64,000 bases of DNA from Cypionkella sp. GTDB lineage: Bacteria > Pseudomonadota > Alphaproteobacteria > Rhodobacterales > Rhodobacteraceae. Of this stretch, positions 20,994 through 32,767 are shown piece after piece. The position numbers were made by a program, and so were the translations under genes. Below the pieces are notes generated by a model. That model was not told where the DNA came from. It worked only from the letters and a program-made list of their open reading frames with translations, and searched no databases. The stretch's first letter is position 1. The number at the start of each line of letters is the position of its first letter. The stretch covers positions 1,092 to 65,091 of the forward strand of contig NZ_JAQGKQ010000055.1 of the NCBI RefSeq assembly GCF_028290025.1, in the 5' to 3' direction.

Positions 20994-21025
20994 TTTGCGA
21001 CGCAATTATTTTGCGACGCAATTAT
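20994..21025. repeat. 16-bp tandem direct repeat
   Basis: TTTGCGACGCAATTAT x2. Confidence 0.8.
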
Positions 21026-21376
21026 GAAGCGCGGCTAAAGCCCTGTCCGTTGACTGCCAGATGAGGTGACGCTTTCAACGCAGCCTGCGCGTGCAAATTA
21101 TGCGTTTCGGTTCGTTCAGAAAGCTGTGTGCGGTTCCAAAGCTTGTCGGATACCCCACAATCGCACCGGCCGCGCCGCCGAACACTCCTTACGGATAGCG
21201 CGTCAAGGCTGGGTCTGTGCGATTTGTTCCCTACTCCCTCCCCCAGAGTTTCTGCCGCTGACTTTGCAACGCATGCTATTTTAGGAAGGTGCAGTTCATC
21301 TGCGGGGGTGGATGATCCCTGCGGATGATCCCTGCGGAGGAGCAAGAGCCTACGCTCATTATTTCGGAGTGATAGC

Positions 21377-22270
21377 ATGACTTTCATACTCGGAACCAAC
21401 CGCCGGGATTCTTTCAGCATGGGGCCCGGCGACGATATCGTCTACGGCCGTGGCGGCAACGATTATCTGAGTGGCGGTGAAGGCAACGATACGGTCTACG
21501 GCGGTTATGACAATGATGTCCTCTCGGGCGGCTCGATCGGCAATGACTACCTGTATGCTGGCATCGGCAAAGATTCCGTCTTCGGCGGACCGGGCAATGA
21601 TGCGACTTATGGCGGCTACGGCAAGGACCTTCTGTATGGCGACGACGGCGACGATACGGTCTACGGCGGTTATGACAATGACGTGCTCTGGGGCGTGCAC
21701 GGCAATGACAAGCTGTCTGGCGGCGTCGGCAAGGATGCCGTCTATGGCGGGCACGGCGCCGATACAGCCTATGGCGGTGACGGCAAGGACAGGGTGTATG
21801 GCGATTTCGGCAACGATATGGTCTACGGTGGCAAGGGCGGTGACGTGCTGTATGGCGGCGGTGACCGCGATAGACTTTACGGCGGCGACGGCCACGACAC
21901 ACTGTCTGGCGGAGCTGGCACAGACGCGCTGACCGGCGGTGCGGGGAAGGATGTGTTCCTGTTCAGTTTCGGCTCGGCGGTCGGGGCGGCGAACAGTGAC
22001 AAGATCAACGGCTATGTCTCAGCGGATGATCAGATCCAGCTGGAGGATGCGGTGTTTGCAGCGCTGGCACCCGGCGCGCTCGCTGCAAAGAATTTCGCTG
22101 TCAACCTGAGCGGGCTTGCGGTGCGGGCCACCGATCACATCATCTATGAACGCGACACCGGCAATATTTACTATGACCCGGACGGGGTAGGCGGTGCCGC
22201 CGGCGAGGTGTTTGCCAATGTCGGGGCCAATCGAGCTGGCTTCGGTGCGCATGAGTTCCTGATCATTTGA
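21377..22270 (+). CDS. RTX / hemolysin-type calcium-binding repeat protein
   Basis: many GGxGxDxLx nonapeptides; C-terminal YYDPDG T1SS-substrate-like tail; GGAG RBS. Confidence 0.88.
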   Translation: MTFILGTNRRDSFSMGPGDDIVYGRGGNDYLSGGEGNDTVYGGYDNDVLSGGSIGNDYLYAGIGKDSVFGGPGNDATYGGYGKDLLYGDDGDDTVYGGYDNDVLWGVHGNDKLSGGVGKDAVYGGHGADTAYGGDGKDRVYGDFGNDMVYGGKGGDVLYGGGDRDRLYGGDGHDTLSGGAGTDALTGGAGKDVFLFSFGSAVGAANSDKINGYVSADDQIQLEDAVFAALAPGALAAKNFAVNLSGLAVRATDHIIYERDTGNIYYDPDGVGGAAGEVFANVGANRAGFGAHEFLII

Positions 22271-22477
22271 TCCAGATCGCAACATTCAGCCGCACACTGC
22301 GGCCGAGGCTGAGAAATGCAGTCGGCCGTCAGACTGGCCTTATGCTCTGGGCTGGCGCACGGCCCGCGCCGCTTGCCAAAGCCCGGTGGTCTTGGCAAGC
22401 GGCGGCGTAACCCGTGACCGTGTACGACCGCCCTCTAGGGATGGGTGCTCTGCCGCCGCGACCAGCAGATCGGCAGG

Positions 22478-23344
22478 TTAGGCCCGCACCAGCTTCTCAT
22501 ACTGATCCGAGATCCCCAAAGTCAGCGCCCCAACCTCAAAACTATACTCGCCGATCTGCCCAACCGGAGTAACCTCCGCAGCCGTCCCGGTCAGCCAGCA
22601 TTGCTGGAAGCCCTCCAACTCGGCAGGCAGAATATGCCGTTCATGCACCACAATGCCCTGATCGCGCAGCATCCCGATCACCGTCTGCCGGGTGATGCCG
22701 TTCAGGAACGCATCCGGCAGTGGGGTGTGAACCTCGCCATCCTTCACAAAAAAGATATTCGCGCCCGTCGCCTCGGCCACATAGCCGCGATAGTCGAACA
22801 TCATCGCATCCGAGCAGCCCTTCGCCTCGGCTGCATGTTTCGACATCGTGCAGATCATATAAAGCCCCGCCGCCTTCGCCTCATGCGGGATCGTCTCGGG
22901 CGAGGGCCGCTTCCACTTGGCGATGTCCAGCTTCGCACCCTTGGTCTTGGCATCGCCGTAATAATTCCCCCAAGACCACACCGCCACAGCCAGCCGGATC
23001 GGGTTGCGTTTTGAGGCCACCCCCATATCCTCGCCAGCCCCGCGCCAAGCAATCGCCCGCACATAGGCATCGCTCAACCCGTTGGCTTTAAGCGTCGCCT
23101 GCTTAGCCGCCTCAATTTCCGCCACCGAATATGGCAACTCCATATCCAGCAACGCACCCGAGTTCCGCAGCCGTTCCGAATGCTGCACCGATTTGAAAAT
23201 CTTGCCGTTATAGCAGCGCTCGCCCTCAAACACCGACGACGCATAATGCAGCGCATGGGTCAGAATATGCACATTCGCTGATCGCCATTCCACCAGCTTG
23301 CCATCCATCCAGATGAACCCGTCCCGATCGTCATAACCTGCCAT
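22478..23344 (-). CDS. ilvE: branched-chain amino acid aminotransferase
   Basis: LHYASSVFEG, AKAAGLY, EATGANIF, LNGITR, GTAAEV. Confidence 0.93.
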   Translation of the reverse strand: MAGYDDRDGFIWMDGKLVEWRSANVHILTHALHYASSVFEGERCYNGKIFKSVQHSERLRNSGALLDMELPYSVAEIEAAKQATLKANGLSDAYVRAIAWRGAGEDMGVASKRNPIRLAVAVWSWGNYYGDAKTKGAKLDIAKWKRPSPETIPHEAKAAGLYMICTMSKHAAEAKGCSDAMMFDYRGYVAEATGANIFFVKDGEVHTPLPDAFLNGITRQTVIGMLRDQGIVVHERHILPAELEGFQQCWLTGTAAEVTPVGQIGEYSFEVGALTLGISDQYEKLVRA

Positions 23345-23439
23345 CGCAGCCTCCATATTTGCGAATGTTGCGCAATATAGGTCCAATACGGTCATAATAT
23401 TGCGTGAAATCACGAATCCGCTAAACCTTATGACTTGGA

Positions 23440-23458
23440 ATGTCAACAAGGCTGACGT
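23440..23458. promoter_or_regulatory. inverted repeat upstream of petP (possible MarR auto-operator)
   Basis: ATGTCA-N7-TGACGT. Confidence 0.4.
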
Positions 23459-23482
23459 ATATTATCGGCGGAGGAGACGACC

Positions 23483-23992
23483 ATGCCCGACCCAAGCAAC
23501 AGCGGCGAAAGCCTGCTGTTTCTCACTGATGAAAACCTGCGCAAAGGCATCGAGGCGATGTTCTTCGCCTATCGCGGGTTCACGGCTGATCCCGACCGTA
23601 TCCTTGAAGACATGGACTACGGCCGCGCCCATCACCGCGCCGTGCATTTCATCAATCGCTCACCCGGCACCACTGTCGGCAATCTGCTGACCATCCTCGG
23701 CGTCACCAAACAATCGCTGAACCGCGTGTTGCGCACCTTGTTTGACGATGGCTTGGTTGAGGCCCGCGTCGGCAAACAAGACAAACGCGAGCGCCACCTT
23801 TACCTCACCGACAAAGGCCGCTCGCTTGAACGCGCGCTGTCGGACGCGCAACGTGCAAGGATGCGCGCGGCCTACCGCGCCGCTGGGCCGAGCGCTGTGC
23901 AGGGGTTTCGCACCGTGCTAGAGGCGATGATGGACGCCGAGCAGCGCCGCCAGTATCAAGGCCAAAATCAGGGATCAAAAGAGGGCACATGA
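23483..23992 (+). CDS. petP: MarR-family regulator
   Basis: LGVTKQSLNRVL wHTH; ilvE-petP-petR order typical of Rhodobacterales. Confidence 0.75.
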   Translation: MPDPSNSGESLLFLTDENLRKGIEAMFFAYRGFTADPDRILEDMDYGRAHHRAVHFINRSPGTTVGNLLTILGVTKQSLNRVLRTLFDDGLVEARVGKQDKRERHLYLTDKGRSLERALSDAQRARMRAAYRAAGPSAVQGFRTVLEAMMDAEQRRQYQGQNQGSKEGT

Positions 23993-24690
23993 CAGAGCTT
24001 CCGCCACATCTTCTGGTCGTGGACGACGACGAACGCATCCGCGGCTTGTTGCAAAAATTCCTGATCCGCAACGGCTTCCTTGTCTCGGTCGCCCGCGATG
24101 CTGCCCAAGCCCGTCGCCTGCTCGCAGGGCTCGAATTTGATATGCTGGTGCTTGACGTAATGATGCCCGGCGAGGATGGCATCAGCCTGACCCGCGCTTT
24201 GCGTCAAACCCTGACCGTGCCAATCTTGCTGTTGACGGCCAAGGGTGAAACTTCGAACCGGATAGAAGGTTTTGAGGCCGGGGCCGACGATTACCTGATC
24301 AAACCATTCGAGCCGAAAGAGTTGCTTTTGCGCATCAACGCCATTCTGCGCCGCGTGCCGGCTGCCAAGCCCGCTAGCCCCGCGCCGAAGGTGTTGCATA
24401 TGGGCCCTGTGCGCTACGATATGGATCGCGGCGAGTTATGGCGCGGCACCGATCTGATCCGCCTGACCTCGACCGAGGCCGCCTTGATGCGAATTTTCTC
24501 GGCGCAACCCGGCACAGCAATGTCACGCGATAAACTCGTCGGCGACATGCCGCGCGATGACAGTGCTGGGCAAGAACGTGCCGTAGACGTGCAGATCACC
24601 CGGTTGCGACGCAAAATCGAAGACGACCCAAAATCGCCACGCTACCTGCAAACCGTGCGCGGCGAAGGCTATATGTTGCAAACCGACTGA
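23989..24690 (+). CDS. petR: OmpR-family response regulator
   Basis: VVDDD, LDVMMP, GADDYLIKPF, DVQITRLRRK, TVRGEGY. Confidence 0.8.
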   Translation: MTELPPHLLVVDDDERIRGLLQKFLIRNGFLVSVARDAAQARRLLAGLEFDMLVLDVMMPGEDGISLTRALRQTLTVPILLLTAKGETSNRIEGFEAGADDYLIKPFEPKELLLRINAILRRVPAAKPASPAPKVLHMGPVRYDMDRGELWRGTDLIRLTSTEAALMRIFSAQPGTAMSRDKLVGDMPRDDSAGQERAVDVQITRLRRKIEDDPKSPRYLQTVRGEGYMLQTD

Positions 24691-24758
24691 AGCCGATCGC
24701 TTCAGTTGCTTAACGATTTCCTGCCAGTTTTGGTGCAATAACATCCTTGGGAGAGACT

Positions 24759-25256
24759 ATGACTTTGTTGAAATTCACCGCCGCCTGCGGCTTTGCTTTG
24801 TTGTCTACCGCGGCCTATGCCGATGATCTGGTGCCTTATTCCGAAGCTGGCGGCTGGGATGTGCAAGTTGACACCACTTTGGGCAATGGTTGCCTGTTGT
24901 CGTCCGATTTCGAGGACGGCAGCCATGTTCGCATCGGTTTTGACCGCACTGCAGGCAATGGCTATGTTGCAGCCTTCAACACCGCTTGGGGTGAGATAGA
25001 GGATGGCACCGACTATCCGATCAGCTTTATGCTGGATGATGAAAAATACGATGGCACTGGCAAGGGCATGCACCTCGACGAGGTTCCGGGCGTGCTGGTC
25101 AGCTTTGACAGCCCCGACTTTCTGACCGACCTTTCCGCGAAAGAAGTCATGGTGCTGCAAAGCCAAGGCACCGAAGTCATGTCTATCGACCTTTCTGGCA
25201 GCGACGAAGCAGTGACAGAGACGGTTGCTTGTCAGGAAGAGCAAGAGAAGGGCTGA
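24759..25256 (+). CDS. secreted acidic hypothetical protein
   Basis: signal peptide ending AYA, two Cys in mature part, GGGAGA RBS. Confidence 0.7.
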   Translation: MTLLKFTAACGFALLSTAAYADDLVPYSEAGGWDVQVDTTLGNGCLLSSDFEDGSHVRIGFDRTAGNGYVAAFNTAWGEIEDGTDYPISFMLDDEKYDGTGKGMHLDEVPGVLVSFDSPDFLTDLSAKEVMVLQSQGTEVMSIDLSGSDEAVTETVACQEEQEKG

Positions 25257-25314
25257 ACCTGATCACGCAGATTGATCTCGCAGCGCGACTAAGCCGCGTA
25301 GCTTTCAACGACCA

Positions 25315-25354
25315 CGCTGGGGGTTTCACACCCCCAGACCCCCGCGGGATATTT
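25315..25354 (-). repeat. REP-like palindromic element, copy 2 (variant)
   Basis: reverse complement AAATATCCCGCGGGGGTCTGGGGGTGTGAAACCCCCAGCG with compensatory stem change. Confidence 0.85.
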
Positions 25355-25479
25355 GAGCACAGAACCGAACTTTGAGCAGTGCGCCTGTAGACGGCGGGGT
25401 GCACCAACAATGTCTGTCTCGCCAAGACTGCAATCCCCATCCCGTAAGATTTGACTAAAATTTGCTTTCGCATTGGCAA

Positions 25480-25520
25480 AAATATCCCACGGGGGTCCGG
25501 GGGTGTGAAACCCCCGGCGA
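25480..25520 (+). repeat. REP-like palindromic element, copy 3
   Basis: identical 41-mer to 18650-18690. Confidence 0.85.
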
Positions 25521-25591
25521 CGGTCCCAAAACCGACCATTCCCGTTCTGCCCGCCCCGCGCTATCTTCGAACCAAACCAGCCGAGGCACGC

Positions 25592-26518
25592 ATGACAACT
25601 CTTCTCATCAACTCCCCCGAATCCGAAAACCACCTGACACCCCCCGGCCACCCCGAGCAGGTCGCGCGCTACGCCGCCGTTCAAGCGGGGCTAAGCCACC
25701 TCGATTTGCTTCGCCGCGATGCGCCGCTTGGCCTCGATGAGGATATCCTGCGCGCGCATCCCGCCCGATATCTCGCCAAACTCCGCGCGGCATCCCCTGC
25801 AACCGGATGGGCGCAACTCGACGGCGACACCTTCCTCTCTGTCGGCTCGCTCAATGCCGCTTTGTATGCCGTTGGTGGAGCCTGCGCCGCAGTCGATGCC
25901 GTGCTTTCAAGCAAGGCTAAGAACGCTTTCCTCGCCGCCCGTCCTCCCGGCCACCACGCCGAATCTGAAACCGCGATGGGCTTTTGTCTGCTTGGAACAG
26001 TCTCTATTGCGGCACTTAGAGCCTTAAATCACCATAATCTCGCGCGTGTCGCCATTGTCGATTTTGACGTGCATCACGGCAACGGCACGCAAGATCTGTT
26101 CTGGAATGAATCCCGCGCCCTGTTCTGCTCCAGCCACCAGATGCCACTGTATCCCGGCACCGGCAACCCGACCGAGACCGGCGCGCATGGCCAAATCCTC
26201 AACGTGCCGTTGTCCGAGGCTACAGGTTCCGGCCCGATGCGTGAGGCATACGAAAGCCTGATCTTCCCCCGCATTGCAGCGTTGAAGCCCGATCTGATCC
26301 TGATCTCGGCAGGTTTTGATGCGCATGAAGCCGACCCCCTCGCGGGACTTGAGTGGCAAACCGACGATTACGCTTGGCTCACCCAACGCATCTGCGATTT
26401 GGCCGACGCTCATTGCGCGGGCCGGGTGGTATCCTGCCTTGAGGGCGGTTATGATCTGCCCGCGTTGACCGCCTCGGTCGCCGCACATGTGGGTGTTTTG
26501 CAGGAGCGCGGGAAATGA
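25592..26518 (+). CDS. histone deacetylase family protein
   Basis: HPE, RPPGHHA, MGFC, DFDVHHGNGT, SAGFDAH, LEGGY. Confidence 0.93.
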   Translation: MTTLLINSPESENHLTPPGHPEQVARYAAVQAGLSHLDLLRRDAPLGLDEDILRAHPARYLAKLRAASPATGWAQLDGDTFLSVGSLNAALYAVGGACAAVDAVLSSKAKNAFLAARPPGHHAESETAMGFCLLGTVSIAALRALNHHNLARVAIVDFDVHHGNGTQDLFWNESRALFCSSHQMPLYPGTGNPTETGAHGQILNVPLSEATGSGPMREAYESLIFPRIAALKPDLILISAGFDAHEADPLAGLEWQTDDYAWLTQRICDLADAHCAGRVVSCLEGGYDLPALTASVAAHVGVLQERGK

Positions 26519-26754
26519 CCGACAAAGCCGTGACAGATATGTCGTTCGAGGAAGCCATGGCCGCCCTCGAATCCGTCGTGACCCAGCTGGAGCGCGGCGA
26601 AGTGGCGCTGGAACAAAGCATCGCGCTTTACGAACGTGGCGCGCAGTTGAAAGCCCATTGCGCCGCCAAACTGAAATCTGCCGAGGAAAAGGTCGAACTG
26701 ATCCGCGCCGCCGAAGGCCGTGCCGTGGGCACCACCCCGGTGGAGGGAATGTGA
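26515..26754 (+). CDS. xseB: exodeoxyribonuclease VII small subunit
   Basis: SFEEAMAALE...LEQSIALYERG; xseB-ispA-dxs order. Confidence 0.93.
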   Translation: MTDKAVTDMSFEEAMAALESVVTQLERGEVALEQSIALYERGAQLKAHCAAKLKSAEEKVELIRAAEGRAVGTTPVEGM

Positions 26755-27620
26755 GCTTTTCGACCCTTCTCGCCGCCGATGCTGGCCTGATCCAAGCCCG
26801 CCTTGATGCCGCTTTTGCGCAACTTCCCGACCAAGCGGTGATCCACGCCATGGCCTATGCCAGTGCGGGGGGCAAACGCTTGCGTGGCTTCCTCACCTTG
26901 CAATCCGCCCAGATGCTCGGGGTTTCGCCTGCCAGCTCAATCTCTGCCGCAGCCTCAATTGAGGCCCTGCACGCCTACAGCCTCGTCCATGATGACCTGC
27001 CCGCGATGGACAATGACAGCCTACGCCGTGGCCTGCCCACTGTGCACATCAAATGGGATGAAGCCACCGCCATCCTCGCCGGAGACGCTCTGCAAACGCT
27101 TGCGTTTGAACTCCTCACCGACCCCAGCCTTGGCACCGCCGACACCCGCCTGAAGCTCATAGCGGGCCTCGCCAAAGCCTCCGGCGCGCAGGGCATGGTG
27201 CTCGGTCAAGCCCTGGATATCGCCGCCGAAACCGCCACCGATCCGCTAACCCTCAGCCAGATCACCCATCTTCAAGCCGGGAAAACTGGTGCGCTGTTCC
27301 GCTTTGCCGCCGAAGCCGGGGCCATCCTCGCCGAGCAAAATCCGCGTCCCTTGCGCGCCTATGCAACCGCCCTCGGCCTCGCCTTTCAGATCGCTGACGA
27401 CATTCTTGACGTCACCGGAGACGCCGATAAAGCCGGAAAACGTCTGCAAAAAGACGCCGCCGCCGGCAAAGCTACCTTCGTTTCGCTGCTGGGGCTTGAT
27501 GCCGCACGCATCCGCGCCAAATCCCTGATAGATGAGGCGTGCGACCACCTCGCCCCATACGGCGCATCCGCCCAAAACCTGATAGACTGCGCCCGGTTCA
27601 CCATCGCGCGGGAAAGCTGA
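26751..27620 (+). CDS. ispA: farnesyl diphosphate synthase
   Basis: [26 protein letters not shown]; GTG start overlaps xseB stop. Confidence 0.93.
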   Translation: MSFSTLLAADAGLIQARLDAAFAQLPDQAVIHAMAYASAGGKRLRGFLTLQSAQMLGVSPASSISAAASIEALHAYSLVHDDLPAMDNDSLRRGLPTVHIKWDEATAILAGDALQTLAFELLTDPSLGTADTRLKLIAGLAKASGAQGMVLGQALDIAAETATDPLTLSQITHLQAGKTGALFRFAAEAGAILAEQNPRPLRAYATALGLAFQIADDILDVTGDADKAGKRLQKDAAAGKATFVSLLGLDAARIRAKSLIDEACDHLAPYGASAQNLIDCARFTIARES

Positions 27621-27627
27621 GGCTCTT

Positions 27628-29541
27628 ATGTCAAACCGCCCCCTCACCCCGCTGTTGGACCGGGTGCATCTGCCCGCCGATATGAAGTTCCTGTCGGATC
27701 GCGAGCTGAAGCAACTCGCTGACGAACTTCGTGCTGAAACCATTTCAGCGGTGTCCGAAACCGGCGGTCATCTCGGTGCGGGCCTCGGCGTGGTTGAGCT
27801 GACGGTCGCCCTGCACGCCATCTTTCACGCCCCGCGCGACAAGATCATCTGGGACGTTGGCCACCAATGCTACCCGCATAAAATCCTCACGGGACGTCGC
27901 GACCGCATTCGCACGCTGCGTACCGAGAACGGCCTGTCGGGCTACACCAAACGCAGCGAATCCCCCTATGATCCATTCGGCGCGGCGCATTCCTCCACCT
28001 CAATCTCCGCCGCTCTCGGTTTCGCCATGGCGGCAGAGCTGGGCGGCGATCCCGGCGATGCCATCGCGGTGATCGGCGATGGCTCGATGTCGGCAGGCAT
28101 GGCGTTTGAGGCGATGAACAACGCAGGCCACCTCAAAAAACGCCTGTTCGTCATCCTGAATGACAACGAAATGTCCATCGCCCCCCCGGTCGGCGCTTTT
28201 TCGGCCTACCTCAGCCGGATGTATGCAGGTGAGCCGTTCCATGACCTGAAATCCGCCGCCAAAGGCATGGTTTCCTTGCTGCCAGAGCCGTTCCAAGAGG
28301 GTGCGCGCCGCGCCAAGGAAATGCTGAAAGGCATGGCCGTCGGCGGCACTTTGTTTGAGGAACTCGGCTTCTCTTATGTTGGCCCCATCGACGGCCACGA
28401 CCTTGACCAACTGCTGCCGGTGCTCAGAACCGCCCAAGCCCGCGCCACTGGCCCGATGCTGATCCACGTTCTGACCAAAAAGGGCAAGGGCTACGCCCCG
28501 GCCGAGGCTGCCCGTGACAAAGGCCACGCCACCGGCAAGTTCGACGTGCTGACAGGCGTGCAGCAAAAAGCTGCCTCCAATGCCCCCAGCTACACCAAGA
28601 CCTTCGCGCAAGCGTTGATCCGTGAAGCCGAATCCGATGACAAAATCGTCGCCATCACCGCCGCGATGCCGGACGGCACTGGCCTTGATCTGTTCGCCGC
28701 GCGCTTCCCGAAACGCACTTTTGACGTCGGCATCGCCGAGCAGCACGCCGTCACCTTCTCAGCCGGCCTCGCCGCTGGTGGCATGAAACCGTTCTGCACG
28801 ATCTACTCCACCTTCCTGCAACGCGGCTACGATCAAGTCGTCCATGATGTCGCCATCCAACGACTGCCCGTCCGCTTCGCCATCGACCGCGCCGGATTGG
28901 TCGGCGCAGACGGCGCGACCCATGCCGGCTCGTTTGACATTGCGTTTCTCTCTAACCTGCCCGGTTTCGTCGTCATGGCCGCCGCAGACGAGGCCGAACT
29001 CGTCCACATGGTCGCCACCGCGGCCGCCCATAACTCTGGCCCCATCGCCTTCCGCTACCCGCGGGGTGAAGGCACCGGGGTCGAAATGCCCGCCCGCGGC
29101 ATCCCGCTTGAAATTGGCAAAGGCCGGTTAATCCAACAAGGCAACCGCGTTGCACTGCTGTCTTTCGGCACCCGCCTAAGCGAGGTGCAAAAGGCCGCCG
29201 AGTCCCTTACGGCCAAAGGTTTGACCCCCACCATTGCCGACGCCCGCTTCGCCAAACCACTCGACCGCGACCTGATCCTCAATCTCGCCCGCAATCACGA
29301 AGCCCTGATCACAATAGAAGAAGGTGCCATCGGCGGCTTCGGCAGCCATGTCGCCCAACTGCTCGCCAATGAGGGGGTTTTTGACCACGGGCTCAAGTTC
29401 CGCAGCATGGTTCTGCCGGACACTTTTATCGACCACGCCTCCCCCGAGGCAATGTATCGCAGCGCCAGCATGGACGCCGCGCACATTGAAGCGAAAGTGT
29501 TAGAGACTTTGGGCGTGGCCGTTGTAGGCAAGCGAGCGTGA
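27628..29541 (+). CDS. dxs: 1-deoxy-D-xylulose-5-phosphate synthase
   Basis: [34 protein letters not shown]. Confidence 0.97.
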   Translation: MSNRPLTPLLDRVHLPADMKFLSDRELKQLADELRAETISAVSETGGHLGAGLGVVELTVALHAIFHAPRDKIIWDVGHQCYPHKILTGRRDRIRTLRTENGLSGYTKRSESPYDPFGAAHSSTSISAALGFAMAAELGGDPGDAIAVIGDGSMSAGMAFEAMNNAGHLKKRLFVILNDNEMSIAPPVGAFSAYLSRMYAGEPFHDLKSAAKGMVSLLPEPFQEGARRAKEMLKGMAVGGTLFEELGFSYVGPIDGHDLDQLLPVLRTAQARATGPMLIHVLTKKGKGYAPAEAARDKGHATGKFDVLTGVQQKAASNAPSYTKTFAQALIREAESDDKIVAITAAMPDGTGLDLFAARFPKRTFDVGIAEQHAVTFSAGLAAGGMKPFCTIYSTFLQRGYDQVVHDVAIQRLPVRFAIDRAGLVGADGATHAGSFDIAFLSNLPGFVVMAAADEAELVHMVATAAAHNSGPIAFRYPRGEGTGVEMPARGIPLEIGKGRLIQQGNRVALLSFGTRLSEVQKAAESLTAKGLTPTIADARFAKPLDRDLILNLARNHEALITIEEGAIGGFGSHVAQLLANEGVFDHGLKFRSMVLPDTFIDHASPEAMYRSASMDAAHIEAKVLETLGVAVVGKRA

Positions 29542-29730
29542 CCGATATCTCTTGTCACAAAAGCGCGTTTTAGTATTATTTTGGACGCCGCGAACTGTGG
29601 ATGCGCGGCAAGTCCGCGTTGCCGTGGGGTTCACGGCTGCGTGAGTTCACGCGCTTTTCGCTACTCAGATGGCCCCTCCGACCTAACGTTTATAGGGCCC
29701 GCATTTGAGCGGGTGCTGGAGGAGGACAAT

Positions 29731-30225
29731 ATGATGAAACTTTCTTACACCTGCGCTGTGCTTGCGTTGATCGCAGTGCCGGCTTTCGCGCAAACCACGA
29801 GCACTGACACCACAACTTCGGGAACAACGAATTCCGACACCTCGACGTCGGGAACCACGAACTCAGACACCTCGGGAAGCACCACGTCAGGCGGCACGAC
29901 TTCAGGTGGCACGACGTCAGGCGGCACGACTTCAGGTGGCACCACGTCCGGAGGTACCACATCCGGAGGTACGACGTCGGGGGACGCAACTTCAGGGACT
30001 GCGGCCACGGGAACCATGGACGGCACGACAATGACCTGTGCTGATCTGATGGCGATGGATGCGCAAGGTATGTCGAGCGCCGGGATTGCAATGAAGCAGG
30101 CGATGTCAACCGATGCTACGGTCACGTCGATGACCGATGAAGCCGCTACGACGGCCGCGCAAGATGCCTGCAAAGCGCATCCAGACGGCACGGTGATGGA
30201 CGCGATGAAAGCAGGGAAGATGTGA
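29731..30225 (+). CDS. secreted protein with Thr/Ser/Gly repeat linker and HdeA/HdeB-like C-terminal domain
   Basis: GGAGGA RBS, signal peptide (AFA-Q), (TTSGG)n, MTCADL...DACKAHP two-Cys domain. Confidence 0.65.
   Translation: MMKLSYTCAVLALIAVPAFAQTTSTDTTTSGTTNSDTSTSGTTNSDTSGSTTSGGTTSGGTTSGGTTSGGTTSGGTTSGGTTSGDATSGTAATGTMDGTTMTCADLMAMDAQGMSSAGIAMKQAMSTDATVTSMTDEAATTAAQDACKAHPDGTVMDAMKAGKM
29821..29985 (+). repeat. in-frame coding tandem repeats
   Basis: GTTNSDTS x2 (30-nt period) then 7 x 15-nt TTSG(G/D) units with synonymous variation. Confidence 0.85.
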
Positions 30226-30277
30226 ATGGCTTTGGCGCGGGCAAGCTCTCGCGCCATCACCTTAGTTGGGGCAAAGA

Positions 30278-30350
30278 TTAACTGCAAGTTAATCGACCAC
30301 CCCTAAGCCCTTGATATGCTTAGGCCGAGACCCCTGTCCACGTGTGGACA
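30278..30350 (-). promoter_or_regulatory. palindrome-IHF-CtrA composite element, copy A
   Basis: TGTCCAC-GT-GTGGACA 30335-30350; TATCAAGGGCTTA (minus) 30304-30316; TTAA-N7-TTAA 30278-30292. Confidence 0.7.
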
Positions 30351-30362
30351 CACTCCAACAAG

Positions 30363-30397
30363 AAACGCGCGCAGGTCCAGACCCGCGCGCGTTTTTT
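30363..30397. terminator. intrinsic terminator between convergent genes
   Basis: AAACGCGCGC...GCGCGCGTTTTTT hairpin with T-tract. Confidence 0.65.
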
Positions 30398-30411
30398 AAT
30401 GCTAGCCTCGG

Positions 30412-32649
<2,238 letters not shown>

Positions 32650-32730
32650 CTATGCTGCTGGAGACCGCTCAAATGAACGGTCTCTTGCGTTTGCTGCGAC
32701 AGCTATAGCAACAGAGTGGCATTAGTTTAA

Positions 32731-32767
32731 GTTGAATAAACTGATTATTGCGATAAGATTATCTGAT
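32731..32767. promoter_or_regulatory. OxyR-type binding region
   Basis: tetranucleotides at 7-bp spacing (GTTG-N7-TGAT-N7-ATAA-N7-TGAT) in katG/oxyR divergent region. Confidence 0.45.

Noticed and set aside
21430-21960. Periodic DNA repeats suggesting a CRISPR array
   Set aside because: They are coding RTX nonapeptides; no unique spacers or cas genes. The 29821-29985 repeats are likewise coding.
23989-24690. Orphan response regulator as a novelty
   Set aside because: petP-petR without an adjacent kinase is a known Rhodobacterales arrangement.
25451-25591. N-terminal extension of the HDAC ORF
   Set aside because: Reads through the REP element; ATG 25592 has an RBS. Similar extensions were trimmed for the GntR, ilvE, ispA, terC, WYL and ubiE ORFs.
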